The translations under genes and the position numbers were made by a program. This document shows, in pieces, positions 34,670-47,107 of a DNA stretch of 64,000 nt. Source of the DNA: Felis catus (Eukaryota). The stretch covers positions 3,968,001-4,032,000 of the forward strand of contig NC_058383.1 of the NCBI RefSeq assembly GCF_018350175.1, in the 5' to 3' direction. The notes beneath the pieces are model-generated. The model made no database searches. It saw nothing but the letters and a program-made list of their open reading frames with translations, and was not told the origin of the DNA. Positions within the stretch are counted from its first letter, which is position 1. Each line of letters starts with the position of its first letter.

Positions 34670-35085
34670 GGGGCACCTGGGTGGGTCAGTCGGTGAAGTG
34701 TCCGACTTCAGCTCAGGTCATGATCTCGCGGTTCGTGAGCTCAGGCCCCGCATCGGGCTCTCTGCTGTCATCACAGAACCCTCTTGGGGTCCTCTGTCCC
34801 CCTCTCTCTCTGCCACTCCCCACATGTGCTCTCTGTCCCTCAAAAATGAACATTAAAAAAAAGAGGGGTGCCTGGGTGGCTCAGTCGATTGAGCATCTGA
34901 CTTGTGACTTCAGCTCAGGTCATGATCTCACGGTTCAGGGGATTGAGCCCCACATCGGACTCTGCGCTGAGCTTGGAGCCTGCTTAACATTCTCTTTGTC
35001 CCTCTCCCTGCTCACTCGCGCTCTCTCTCTCCAAAATTAAAAAGAAGAAGAAGAAAAAATAAGAGTAACAAATAAAAATAAATAC
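34670..35085 (+). mobile_element. Two tandem Can-SINEs (34670-34863, 34865-35085)
   Basis: Two heads, two tails. Confidence 0.88.
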
Positions 35086-35430
35086 AAACCCCAGACTAAC
35101 GCCTACACCACAGAACTACTGAAGAGATCAGGGGTGATGTCTGCACAGGACCCAGAACCCGGGGTGGTGCCCACAAGAGTCAAAGGTCATTCTGATGGTC
35201 CGAGGATCTCTTGGAACGACCCTGGGAGCCGGGGGGCTGGCTCTCCGAGGTGCCCACAGGGGAGCAAACGAGCCTCATGTGGGTGAGGTGATCTGCCCAG
35301 GTGGGATCCGGACCCAGCCCACAGAGGCAAAGATCACCGCCCCGGGCCCCTCCTGGCTCAGCCAGCCGCGCCCCCTGCCCTGGCCACCCCACCTGGCACA
35401 CACCCCTCCCGTGGGCCAGGTGGAACGCAC

Positions 35431-35591
35431 CTGAGGTGTCTCTTCTTCCAGGAGATCGTGTGGAACACAGTGGACACCACGAACAGCCCACAGAGGCCGA
35501 GGCCATAGATCCAGGCAGAGATGGTCTCCCAATCGTCATCCGACAGGAAGTAGAGGTTGGAGCTGCCAAGGATGCTGGGAATGATCCAGAG
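35431..35591 (-). CDS. MMD2: MMD2 exon 3
   Basis: CTCTGCTTCCAG| ... AG|GTGCGT; 161 nt; [54 protein letters not shown] with the PAQR SxxxH motif. Confidence 0.95.
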
Positions 35592-36941
35592 CTGGAAGCA
35601 GAGTGGAAACAGGTGTTGCAGGAACAGCCTCCCGTGTGGAATCCGGGGAGGGACGGAGACCCCGAACCTCCTCGGGCACGCCGCCCACCCTTTCCTCTAG
35701 ATCCACACCGCCCATCGGAACCTCCCTCCGTGGTGGTAACGTCCCAGACCCCCACCATCCGATACGGGAGCCACCAGGCACCAGTGGCCACTGAGCACTT
35801 GAACCGTGACTGCAGCAGTGAGGTAGCGAATTTTTAATTCTATTTCGTGGCGATCGATCTCAGTTTGTTTCAGCAGCCCACGGAGCCGGCGGCCACCACA
35901 TGGGGCAGCACAGCCCTAGAGAAGGTCACGGTACACACGTAGTCCCCGCCTCCTGAAGAAAACGTCCCTCCCCACCAGGTCCGCCTGGAAAACCCCTCAC
36001 TCGTCACATCCGGGTTTATCGATCACTTCCCAAGAGAAGTCTAGAACTCTCCGAAGCACTGGGGGCGGGGAGTCCCAGAACGTGCGCCCAATTCTGTGTG
36101 CCGGGAGCACTGTTTCTAAAGAAAGGGTCTCTGGCAACACCAGTCAACAGAAGGATAACACCAGTCCCAGAGGTCATTTGAGACGTTCTGGCAAGCCACG
36201 TTTTTAAAAGGAAAAACAGGTCGAGTTAATGTCAATACTTTATCTGTTCAGCCCGACAGGTCCACAAGACCACGTAATTAACATACACATTTTGAGGAGA
36301 CATTTTACATCCTGTCTTTCCTGCCAGGTCTTCCCGAGTCGGTGCGTATGTCGCACGCACAGCACGTCTCCAATCAGACGAGCTGCACGTCAAGCGCGCA
36401 ACAGCCACACGGGGCCAGTGGCTACCGAGCTGGACAGGGGAGGTCTAGGTCTTTCGTTATTCTCAAAGGCATCCACTGCCCAGAGGGTTTCTTAGGCGAG
36501 GCTGGGGTGGAGTCGGTGAATATTCCAAGCAGACGGAACATCGTTTGCAAAGGCATGGAGGTGTACCTTCTATCCAGGAAACAGCGCATTCAGGTGCTGG
36601 AACCTGAGGGGAAGAGCGTGGCAGTGGGAGGTGGGCCAACACATGAGCTAAGACCTGCCCGGGAGCTCGTAACGGAGTCCAGATGCCGTACAGGTACTAG
36701 GGAGCCACTGAAGGTTTGAAGAGCAAAAAGGGAGGCCTGCTCAGCACCACAGTCCAATTTCCCCAAATGGCCTTCCCTCGAGATCCCACTCACTCTTCCA
36801 AGGGCCACAGAGGACTTGATGTCAGCGGGGACATCACCGTGGAATGGAGATGTTGAGTCTCGCCAAGGGCAAAGAGCCTGCCTCCCCCTGCACCTGGAAG
36901 CGTCCCCCTCTCAGCTCTCGGCCCCCCAAAAGCCAACTCAC

Positions 36942-37023
36942 AGCATGGGTGGCACAGTTGGCTGCATGTTCGTACTCGGTGGGCTGGTACCTCTTGTGGG
37001 CGGGGACTCGGTGGTTCATGAAC
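36942..37023 (-). CDS. MMD2: MMD2 exon 2; exon 1 lies beyond the right edge
   Basis: TCTCTCCTTCCAG| ... GCT|GTGAGT; 82 nt; [27 protein letters not shown] with the PAQR ExxxNxxxH motif. Exons 2-7 join in frame (694 nt). Confidence 0.95.
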
Positions 37024-37134
37024 CTGGAAGGAGAGACATAATTCTTGGAAGCTGGGCCAGGAAGCCGGGAGCAGCTGTGGTCACAGGATCCCCAGGAGGC
37101 CTGAAGACCAGGTCCCTCTAGTGGGAAAAAAGAT

Positions 37135-37301
37135 CCCTCCCCTCCCCATCGCCCCTCCTCTGCCTCTCCCTCCCTTCTTTCCCACCCCCTTTTCCCTCCC
37201 ACCTTCCTCCCCCTGCTCCCCCTCTTTCCTATCTTCCTCCTCCCCTCCCCCTCCCTCTTCGCCTTCCCATCTCCCTCCTCCCCCTCCCCCTCCCTTCCTC
37301 T
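37135..37301. repeat. C/T-rich low-complexity tract
   Basis: About 165 bp almost entirely C and T on the plus strand. Confidence 0.9.
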
Positions 37302-39447
37302 TACACTTTGTTTGGACTACCCAATACTTTGTGCCTAATCCCCAGTGTGGCATTTGGTGCACAACTTTGCTAAATACAGCGTTCTCTCCATTTCCTGTTG
37401 CTCATTTTCCTTACTGACACACAGACAGCTCCCCATGGGCACAGCCCAACCCATTCTTACTCGCACACCCACCAGAATAACCACCACCCGGGAGGGGGCC
37501 GAGCTCAGAAAGCGCCCTTAGGCCCCCTCCCAGTGACTCTCTTCCCTCAAGGAAACCGCCCTCTGACACTGTCCTCATAGATTAGCTTGGCCTGCTCTTG
37601 AACTTCCCATCAATGGGATCACAGAGCACAGACCCTTCTTTGTCTGGCTGCTTTGGCTGCGAGACTCATTCATGTCGCTGGACGCGGTGATGGACCGTGC
37701 TCATCGCCGTACGGAATTCCACACACAGTTATGCCCCCCATCTACTGGACGTGGACTTTCCAGTTTGGGGCCATCGTGGGGAACTCTGCCTCGTGACCAT
37801 CCGTGTGCACATCCTCAGTGACCATCTGCCCTCACTTCTGCCGGACGCAGATGCACACGTGGAACAGCCAGTTGACTGTCTTAAGCAATATGCACTCCTG
37901 GTGTTCCAGAGTCCTTGGGGAGACTCCTCGGCCCCTCCAGTCTCTCCTTTGTTCCGCACTGGGCTCCGAAAGCACAAAAGGGGCCCATTTCACGGAGGGA
38001 AAGCTACCGCGATGAGGGTAGGGAGCGACACCCCCAGGGGGTCCGGCACTCAGCCTGGGTCCCGCAGGCAGGACTCCGCACCGGGGTATCCAAATCAGGC
38101 TGGGAAGGCAGGCCTGGCAGGGCGGGGAAGGAGCGTCCGAGAGCCGGGGGGTGAGGTCTGCAAGCACCTGGCTGGCAAGCTGGACCAGCCTGGCAGGGGT
38201 CACCTCCTTGGCCCACACGGGCTCAGGATCAGGAAAACGGGCAGTTCCCCCGTTCGTCTCAGACTCACGCACCGAGCTTCTGTATGCAGCTGTCGTGCTA
38301 GCACAGCTCACCGAGACTTTACCGAGCACTTTCTACATGCCGGTACCACACCAGTGCGGATCACAGAGCATTTATCGAATGCCTTCTGGGGGCTGGACCT
38401 ATGCCAGTGAAGTTCACAGGGCATTTATGGAGCACGTTCCATAGGCTGGACCCACGCTAAGTACACTTCACTGAGGATGTGCCAGCGCCTCCTCCGCCAT
38501 ACGGACCACAGAGCACCTATTAAGCACCTTCTGTATGCCGGGTCTACACTCAGAACACGGGACAGAGGGTTGAGATGAGCTCCTCAAGGAGCTCACGGTC
38601 CAGAAGGCACGGGATCCAGGCAGAAATCCTGACACCGCGTGATTAATGCTTCTCGTCCTTTCGGGAAACACTGGAGAACACCTACTACGTGCTGGCTGGG
38701 ATTAGAGGAGCAGCACAGCACAGGGTGAAGGCTGCGGAGAGGGGAGAGGGCTCCCAGGGCACAGGCTCAGCACGACGCCCGAGGCACCTGCCTCCGCAGC
38801 GCACACCGCAAACAGATGTTGAGGATGACGGAGGAGTTCACTAGGCGGAGGGGAAAGGGTGCTCCTGGCCCGGGGACTGGCAGACGGGAGTGTGCAGAGC
38901 GGGTGTGGAGGCTGGAAGGCTGGGGTGTCTCCCAGGGGCTGACACTGCCATACGCTGCCATCTGCCTGACACGCACCGCGTCTGGTTTTCCCGTGCTGGC
39001 CCCTCGGTGCCTGGACAAGTCTGGGGGTCCACGGCTGCGCCCCCCACCCATCTGCCCTGACAGCTGTTCTCCACCTGCATCAGCCAGCGGTCACTCCACC
39101 TGTGACAAGGCCAGCGTCCTGCTGAGCCCATTACACAGATGAGAAAACCAAGACCTTACACAGCAAGCCCCGGGGCCAGGCATCTGAGCAGAGCTCGGTG
39201 CTCCAGGGCGCCAACCCCCACAGGGTCTGACACCCATGCAGGGGCAGACTCGACCCCGGAGCTGAGTCTCTGGGCTCAGGGTCACAGAGAAAAGGGTGGA
39301 CTCACCCCTGCAGCTGGGGACCCCCCAAAAAGCACAGCCTCCCCAGGTGGCCGAAACAACCAGCCCATCAGCTCACCTTCTCCAGGAAGAAGCTGTCAGT
39401 GGCCAAGAGTGGGTCAAGAAGGGATACTTAATAGGACAACAAAAGCA

Positions 39448-39893
39448 GTGTTACGGGCTGGACTGTGTCTCCCCCAAATTCCTACGTTGATGATTCTAAC
39501 CCCCAGCACCCCAGAAAGTGACCGCATTTGGCAACAGAGCCATTGCAGATATTATCAGTTAAGATTAGGTTCCCCTGGAGGAGGGCGATCCCCCGGTCTG
39601 TTACAACTAGGGTCCCCGTGGGAGGAGGGGTGACACAGAGTGGAAGCCCACGTGACGGTGATGGCAGAGACTGCAGTGACGTGTCCACATGCCAAGGGAC
39701 ACTGAGGGTTGCTGAAGCTACCAGAAGCTGGGAGCCAGACACAGAGGCTCCTCCTTCAGAGCCTCCAGAAGGAATCCACCCTCCTGACACCCCGATTTTG
39801 GACTTCTGGCTTCCAGAGCTGGGAGACCAGATTTCTATACGTTTAAGGCCACAAAGCGCATGGTCATTTACTATAGCCCCAGAGACACGAACA
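39448..39893 (+). mobile_element. MaLR solo LTR (MLT1C-like)
   Basis: TGTTACGGGCTGGACTGTGTCTCCCCCAAATTCCTACGTTGA...GGACTTCTGGCTTCCAGAGCTG. Confidence 0.8.
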
Positions 39894-40654
39894 CGGTGTT
39901 AATTTTGCACGGTGTTAATTTTGATAGATTCTGCCCCAAAGCCCCCCACGGCGCTGTGCCAACTGGGCGAGGGGGCGGGCAGAGGTCAACCGGGCAGGGA
40001 CACAGCTGACGCCTTTCTCCAAGGTGGGAAACCAGGTCTGGGGCTGAGGAAGTTCCCGTCCACCTGTCGCCGACTTTAACAAACACCAATAAGCCGCCCA
40101 CAGTGCCAGCCTCACGGGTCCAAGAGCGACATTGCGTTGCCGCGGTGACCCATGATGGGCAATCCCTTATTTGTTTCTGGGTTCCACAAAACCCTCCTTG
40201 TCTCTGCCCCGCGCTGCAGCCACTGAATGGGGAGAAAGGCGGACAGAGAAAAAGGCCGGCAGACCAGGCCCCGGGGCCGGGGGCAAACACCCAAGAAACA
40301 GTTCCCACAACCCTCCAGAACCAAGAACTTTTTCTTTACCCTCCTTGTGGCCTAATTTTTTTCTTTCTTTCCTTTCCCTTTTTTTTTTTTTTTTTTTTTT
40401 TGCTACTCTGTGTTATGATTTTGGGCAAATGTAGATGGCCGTGTGACCACCACCACAATCAAGATTAAGAACAGACCCCTTCGTCCCTCTCAAAATACTC
40501 ATACGCCCCGGGGACCCAACACCTGTTCCCGGCCCCATTACTGCTGCTCTGCTCTCTGCCCCAACAGCTTTGCCTTTCCAGAATGTCGTGTAAATGTAGC
40601 AACACGGTCATACCACAGCGTGTTGTTATGTTTTTTACTTTAATATCTAAAAAG

Positions 40655-40861
40655 AATTTATTTTAATTAAAAAAAATTTTTTTTTGATAGAGTATCAGAG
40701 CATGAGTGGGGGAGAGGCAGAGAGAGACACAGAATCCAAAGCAGGTTCCAGGCTCCGAGCTGTCAGCACAGAGCCCGATCTGGTTTTTGAACCCATGAAC
40801 CATGAGATCATGACCTGAGCCGAAGACGGACGCTCAACCGACTGAGCCACCCAGGCACCCC
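40655..40861 (-). mobile_element. Can-SINE
   Basis: Flanking AAAGAATTTATTTTA. Confidence 0.9.
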
Positions 40862-40963
40862 AGAAAGAATTTATTTTAGAAAGTCAAAGCACATTCCCAG
40901 ATGGAAGGAAACTTTCCATGACAAGCAGGGATTTACTTATTTATTTAAAATGTGTCTAAGACA

Positions 40964-41204
40964 GGGGCGCCTGGGTGGCGCAGTCGGTTAAGCGTCCGAC
41001 TTCAGCCAGGTCACGATCTCGCGGTCCGTGAGTTCGAGCCCCACGTCAGGCTCTGGGCTGATGGCTTGGAGCCTGGAGCCTGTTTCTGATTCTGTGTCTC
41101 CCTCTCTCTCTGCCCCTCCCCTGTTCATGCTCTGTCTCTCTCTGTCCCAAAAATAAATAAAAATGTCGAAAAAAAAAATTAAAAAAATAAATAAATAAAT
41201 AAAA
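40964..41204 (+). mobile_element. Young-looking Can-SINE
   Basis: Perfect 18-bp duplication TAAAATGTGTCTAAGACA at 40946-40963 and 41200-41217. Confidence 0.95.
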
Positions 41205-42571
41205 TGTGTCTAAGACAAACACATTTTATACAAGAAGAAAACAGACCCTCCTAGATGGTGTATTCCCATTCTTGGCAAATTATTTTCAAAACTTCCATCC
41301 TTTTTTTCTTTTTCCTTCTGTATAGACTTTTCACTGCTGAGCACTATTCCACTGTCTGGACGTACAACAGCTTGTTTATCCGTTCCCCAGGAGAGGGATA
41401 AGGGAGTCATTTTTAACAGAGGAAACACAGATAAAATATAGAATGTTCTAGAACAGAGCTGACAGTCAGATAGCAACCTTCAAGATTGGGGGAAGTTTCT
41501 CTTAAAAGAGTTGATATCCCCAGCAGGCTGTCACTAGTTAAACTAATGGAGGGAAAGAGGCCTTTCTTCCTCCCCTCTGGAGAACACAATCCCCATTCTG
41601 CGGCCAGCCCTACTGCTTAGATAACCATGTGGGCATGGCATTGGTGGAGTGTGGGGAGGGCAAATCCTCCACATTGGTGGAGGGTGTGGGGAGGGTGGGG
41701 TGTGGGGAGGAAAGCTCCCCGAGTCAGAGCTGGCAGGGAGGCAAGGGCACAGGCTGAATTCCCATCCTGAACAGGACACAGCAGGGACTTTGGAGCTTGG
41801 CACAGCTGGGTGGAAAATCTCTGCACAGTCACTGAGGTGCTCTGAGGCCTAGGAGAAGTTACCTAATGTCTCTAGGCTGCAGCTCCCTTGCATGTATAAA
41901 GAGAAACTACTACCTATCCTACAGATACCATGAGATAATACGGCTCAAGAGCCCACGCGGGAGTGCCTGACACGTACCGGTGCTCGAGGAATGGACATTC
42001 TTTTTGCCTCCTCCTGGAAAGCCCCCAGAAAGCCCAGGTACCATTTTCTTACTGGCAGCTGACCCGTCCCAGTACCTCACATTAAAGCCCACCACACCCT
42101 TGCAAAGTAGATACGATTATTCCAATTCGGAGATGAAGCTATAAGAGGTTAGGCCAGTTGTCCTCAGCCAACAAAACAGCTGCCCACCCTCCACGGCTTC
42201 TCTCTCCCCCAGTTCACCTCTCCACGCTGCGTACCTGCCAAGTTCTGTGGCTCCAGTTATGCAGATTATTGTGTTAGTCCTCAGATCAATTTTCTAGGTG
42301 CGCAAAACGGTTTGGGGCCGATCTAGCTGCATTTCAGGGATAAAAGCAGCAGAGAATTTCCGTGCTGCTCCGCCATCTTGGCCTCTATTTTTTTTTTATT
42401 CTAGGTCAGTGGCTCTCAATCTTGGCTGCACATGGATGGGTAGATCCATGCATATGACAGGATATTACTCAGCCATAAAAAGGAAGGACATATTGATACC
42501 TGCTACGCATACAAACCTCAACTACATGATGCTGAGTGAAAGAAGCCAGATACAAAAAATCACCTATTACA

Positions 42572-42745
42572 GGGGCGCCTAGGTGGCTCAGTCAGTTGAG
42601 CATCCGACTTTAGCTCAGGTCATGATTCCACAGTTTGTGGGTTTGAGCCCCACGTCGGGCTCTGTGCTGACAGCTCGGAGCCCAGAGCCTGCTTCAGGTT
42701 CTGTGTCTCCCTCTCTCTTTGCTCCTTCCCCACTCATGCTCTCTG

Positions 42746-42779
<34 letters not shown>

Positions 42780-42800
42780 AAGAACAATAAACTTAAAACG
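42572..42800 (+). mobile_element. Can-SINE
   Basis: Full element directly after an L1 fragment (about 42430-42570). Confidence 0.9.
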
Positions 42801-43879
42801 TTTTTTGTTTAATTCTTTTAAGGGTCTTGAGGGAAGATAAAGATGGACTGACTGCCTGTCAGACCCCAGCATTGTACCAAGGGCTGGATTTCTGGGCGAG
42901 ATAAGGGTGTCCTGAGATACATGCCGATGTGCTTGAGGATGAAGTGTCCGAATGTCTGCAGTTTAGCCTCAAAAGCTTCAGCGCCAAGAGGAAGTGATAA
43001 AGCCAACACAGCAAAAGGTTAACAGCCGGTGACTCTAAGTGAATGGCACTCGGGCAAGTTCATGGAACGTTTCTTGCAACTTTTGACTACAAGTTTGAAA
43101 CTTTTCAAAATAAAAGGTTGGAAGGAAATTCTCTGATGCCAATGCTTTTATGATGTAAAGACTTAAACAACGAAGACCAGTCCTCTGCCAGGGCGTGATC
43201 TCACACCCATGATTGTCACACCAGAGACAGCAGAGGGAATTTCTGGAGACGGAAGCACACGAGGAGAGGAGGAGCAGGAAGGAGGAGGGGTGTTCAGAGG
43301 CAGGGAGCCCACCCGGCTGGAGTAGGAGCTGAGCCGGGGCAGGGGTCATGAGGTGATCCCTAGTGTTCCAGCATTCTCTGTGTCTCGCAGGTGAACCGAG
43401 TCATTGCCATCCTCCAGAACCATCCCCACCTCATTCTCCGGGAGCCCTGACCCTTCACTCAGCACATGGCTGCCCAGAGCAAAGGAACGCACTGAAGGAC
43501 GGTGTGTGGACTTCGGCTGTCTTCCCACATCACCCAACTATCACAGAGCTGGAAGAGCTGTCTCGGCACCTGCGAAACGTTGCCTTATGCCCACAGCTCC
43601 CTAAAGACATTATGGATGTACCTTGGTATTACAGACCCCAAATCTGAACATTCTTTCCCCAAATTTGGCCACTTTTAACTGATCGTGAAAAGCAGAAGAT
43701 AATGTGACTTTATGAAATCTTCTCATTGGCTCTCCCACTGTCCACAGGACAACAGCGATCCTTTCCAGTACATTTCCAATTAACTGACTGTGGAACTAGC
43801 TGGTGGGTAGGTGGGTAGGTAAGCAGACCAAAGAGAAGAAAATGCCTTCTCAGACAAATAACTAGTTAGGTAAATATTT

Positions 43880-44925
43880 GTCTGGAAGGATGGATGGATG
43901 AATGGATAAATGGGAAGTCTGGAGGATGGGTGGAGGGGATGGATGGATGGGGGATGGATGGACAGAGGCGAAGGATGGATAGATGGATGGATGGATGGAT
44001 GGATGGATGGATGAGCTATTGGATGGCTGGTTGGATGGGTGGCATATGAATGATGGATGGAGGGATGGATGGACAAGGGGATGGATGCATGGGATGGATG
44101 AATGAAGGGGTAGGTGGATGAGTATGTGACTAGGAGAGATAGGCACGTAGCTTGGTAGAAACATAAATAGATAAATGGAAAATAGATGTCTGGATGGATG
44201 GAAGGATGGATGGATAGATGGATGGATGGATGGAGAGATGGATGGAAGGAAGGATGGGCAGATGGGTGGAAGAATGGGATGGATGGATGGATGGACGGAC
44301 GGACAGGGGGATGGGGGGATGTATGGATGGATGGGATGGGATGGATGGATGGATGGATGGATGGAGGGATGGATGGATGGAGAGGGGGATGGATGGATGG
44401 GATGGATGAATGAAGGGGTAGGTGGATGAGTATGTGACTAGGAGAGATAGGCACGTAGCTTGGTAGAAACATAAATAGATAAGTGGAAAATAGATGTCTG
44501 GATGGATGGAAGGATGGATGGATGGACGGATGGAGAGATGGATGGAAGGATGGACAGATGGATGGAAGGATGGGATGGATGGATGGATGGATGGATGGAT
44601 GGATGGATGGACAGGGGGAGGGGTGGATGGGGGGATGTATGGATGGATGGGATGGATGGATGGATGGATGGACAGACGGACAGGGGGAGGGGTGGATGGG
44701 GGGATGTATGGATGGATAGGATGGATGGATGGATGGATGGATGGATGGATGGATGGATGGAATGGATGGATGGACAGGGGGATGGATGGATGGGATGGAT
44801 GGGTGGGATGGATGAAGGGGTAGGTGGATGAGTATGTGAGTAGAGAGATAGGCACGTAGGTTGGTAGAAACATAAAGAGGTAAGTGGATAAATAGAAGTC
44901 TGAATGGATGGAAGGATTGATGGCA
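43880..44925. repeat. Complex (GGAT)n/(TCCA)n repeat with three copies of a ~92-bp spacer
   Basis: GGAT arrays; spacer copies at 44101-44192, 44409-44500, 44811-44901. Confidence 0.95.
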
Positions 44926-46084
44926 GAAATTTGTTTTCCTTTCCTCCTCCCAAGATGAATACCAGAACACTTTCAAGTAAATTATGCTTTGCTGAAGCTC
45001 GGTGGCCTGGCTAATACAGCACTGGCATCTGGGAGATGCCTGTCCCAGTCCTTTATCAAAGTGGCAAATGCTTGGGTTTCTAGGGTTTGGACAGGCAGTG
45101 GGGCACAGTGGAAAGAGGACAGCCTTTGGACGCAATTCAGATCAGACTCGGCAAACACTCCAAACGCAGGCGCTGTTACGACCCACTGATTCCAACAACG
45201 GTCTCCAAGCAACTGGGAGAGAGCTCCTCTATCAGAGCCCCATCCTGCCCCCTCTATCCTACGTGCAGTCACGGGGCCGTCCGTGGAACTGGTCACGTGT
45301 GAGGTACCCGCCTGCTGGGGGGCTGCTAGGAGACCAGCCCACACTCACAGCACGCAAGGGAGTGTGTTCCACACTGTAAGGTACCATTCGCCCCCTGCTC
45401 TTCTCAGATGGGGTGGAGCCAGGCCTGGGGGTCTCCTCATCTCCTGCCTACGCCTCTGCTTTGGTTTACACCCTCCTTCATCACCTACCTAGCACACAAC
45501 AGAGTTTATAATTAAGATTGGGAGTTCGGGGGTCAGATTCAATCCTGGCACCACTCCCCTCTAGCCACGAGTCCATGTGCAAGCTGCTAAAGCTGTCCTC
45601 GGTTTTCTCATCTGAGCAGTGGGATTAACCCCAGCACCCCCCACAGAGGATAATAAAAGGATGAACCGGGCTAATCTGTGCACAGCAACTCAGCATCTGT
45701 AGGCGCGTGACCGACATGAATGATTCTGTTACTGTGAATCCTCACCATCGATGAGGCACGCCCTACTGCTGGCCCCATTTCATAGCTGGGGAAACTGAGG
45801 CCCAGAAAAAGCAAATCCCCAAATGTCTAAGGCATGACAGCTAGATAAAGACAGGGCCGGTATTTCTGCCCAGGATCGTCTGCGCTCTAGGAGAGTAACG
45901 GCGCCTGCCTCACAGAGGACGACTCGTGCCGCGTGAGCTCCCTGCACACAGTAGGCACTCAGTACAAGCTGATCCCTGTCTGCCTCCCACAGCACCCCCA
46001 GAACAGGTGCCGTGACGTGCTGAAATGAGGCAAGAAGGCTTGCTTTCAAACGTCAGGCCTCCCCACTCCACACCCATTCCCCCC

Positions 46085-46665
46085 AAAACCAGAAAACCGG
46101 CGTTGGCGAGGACGAGAAGTTGGCGGCAACGTAAATGGTGCAGCCGCCGCGGAACACCAGATGGAGGCTCCCCCGGAAACCACACGAAGAACTACCATCC
46201 GATCCAGGCGCTCCGCTTCTGGGACAAGAATTGCACCTGCACACCCACAGCAGCACGGTCCACACGAGGCCACAGGTGGAAGCGAAGTGTCCGTCACAGA
46301 TGGACGGGTAACAAAAGGTGGTCCGGCCACACAACGGGAGGATATTATTCAGCCCTAAAAAGGAAGGAAACTATGACACCTGCTACCATGTGGACGGACT
46401 TTGAGGACGTTACGCTCAATGAAACAAGCCAGATACAAAAGGGCAAATAACGTAGGGTTCCACGTATAGGAAGGAGATCCCCAGGGTCACCAACTCCATG
46501 GAGCCAGAGAGAAGGTGGTGGTATCTGGGGCTGGGGGAGGGGACGGCGTGAACGGGGACAGCGTCTTAGTCTGAGACAACGGAAGTCAGCCTGGAGACAG
46601 GCAGTGGTGACAGCAATGTGAATATGCTTAATGCCGCTGAAGCATACACTTGAGAATGGTTAACA
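46085..46665 (+). mobile_element. Old L1 (L1MB-like) 3' region, resuming near 47130 after two SINEs
   Basis: GTTGGCGAGGAC...GTAAATGGTGCAGCCGC...GATATTATTCAGCCCTAAAAAGGAAGGAAA. Confidence 0.8.
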
Positions 46666-46667
46666 CT

Positions 46668-46868
46668 GGGTGCCTGGGCGGCTCAGTCGGTTAAGCGTCC
46701 GACTTCAGCTCAGGTCATGATCTCATAGTTTGTGAGTTCGAGCCCCACCATCAGGCTCTGTGCTAATAGCTCGGAGCCCAGAGCCTGCTTTGGATTCTGT
46801 GTGTGCCTCCCCCACTCATGCTTGCTCGTGCGCTCTCTCTCTCTCTCTCCTTCAAAAATAAACATTTT
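46668..46868 (+). mobile_element. Can-SINE
   Basis: Head at 46668; tail interrupted by the next element. Confidence 0.9.
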
Positions 46869-46869
46869 T

Positions 46870-47107
46870 ATTTATTTATTTATTTATTTTTTAATTTTTT
46901 TTTTAACGTTTATTTATTTTTGAGACAGAGAGAGACACAGCATGAACGGGAGAGGGGCAGAGAGAGAGGGAGACACAGAATCGGAAGCAGGCTCCAGGCT
47001 CTGAGCCATCAGCCCAGAGCCCGACGCGGGGCTCGAACTCGCGGACCGCAAGATCGTGACCTGAGCCGAAGTCGGACGCTCAACCGACTGAGCCACCCAG
47101 GCGCCCC
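46870..47107 (-). mobile_element. Young-looking Can-SINE inserted antisense into the previous SINE tail
   Basis: AAAATAAACATTTTT on both sides. Confidence 0.92.

Noticed and set aside
42370..42380. YY1-like CCGCCATCTTG
   Set aside because: Isolated motif beside repeat fragments with no supporting context.
44101..44901. Repeat-spacer pattern superficially like a CRISPR array
   Set aside because: Mammalian DNA, ~92-bp repeats separated by microsatellite rather than unique spacers, no cas genes.
43780..45135. 451-aa minus ORF and nested ORFs rich in PSIH or MDGW
   Set aside because: Translation of the stop-free (TCCA)n repeat; no sign of a real protein.
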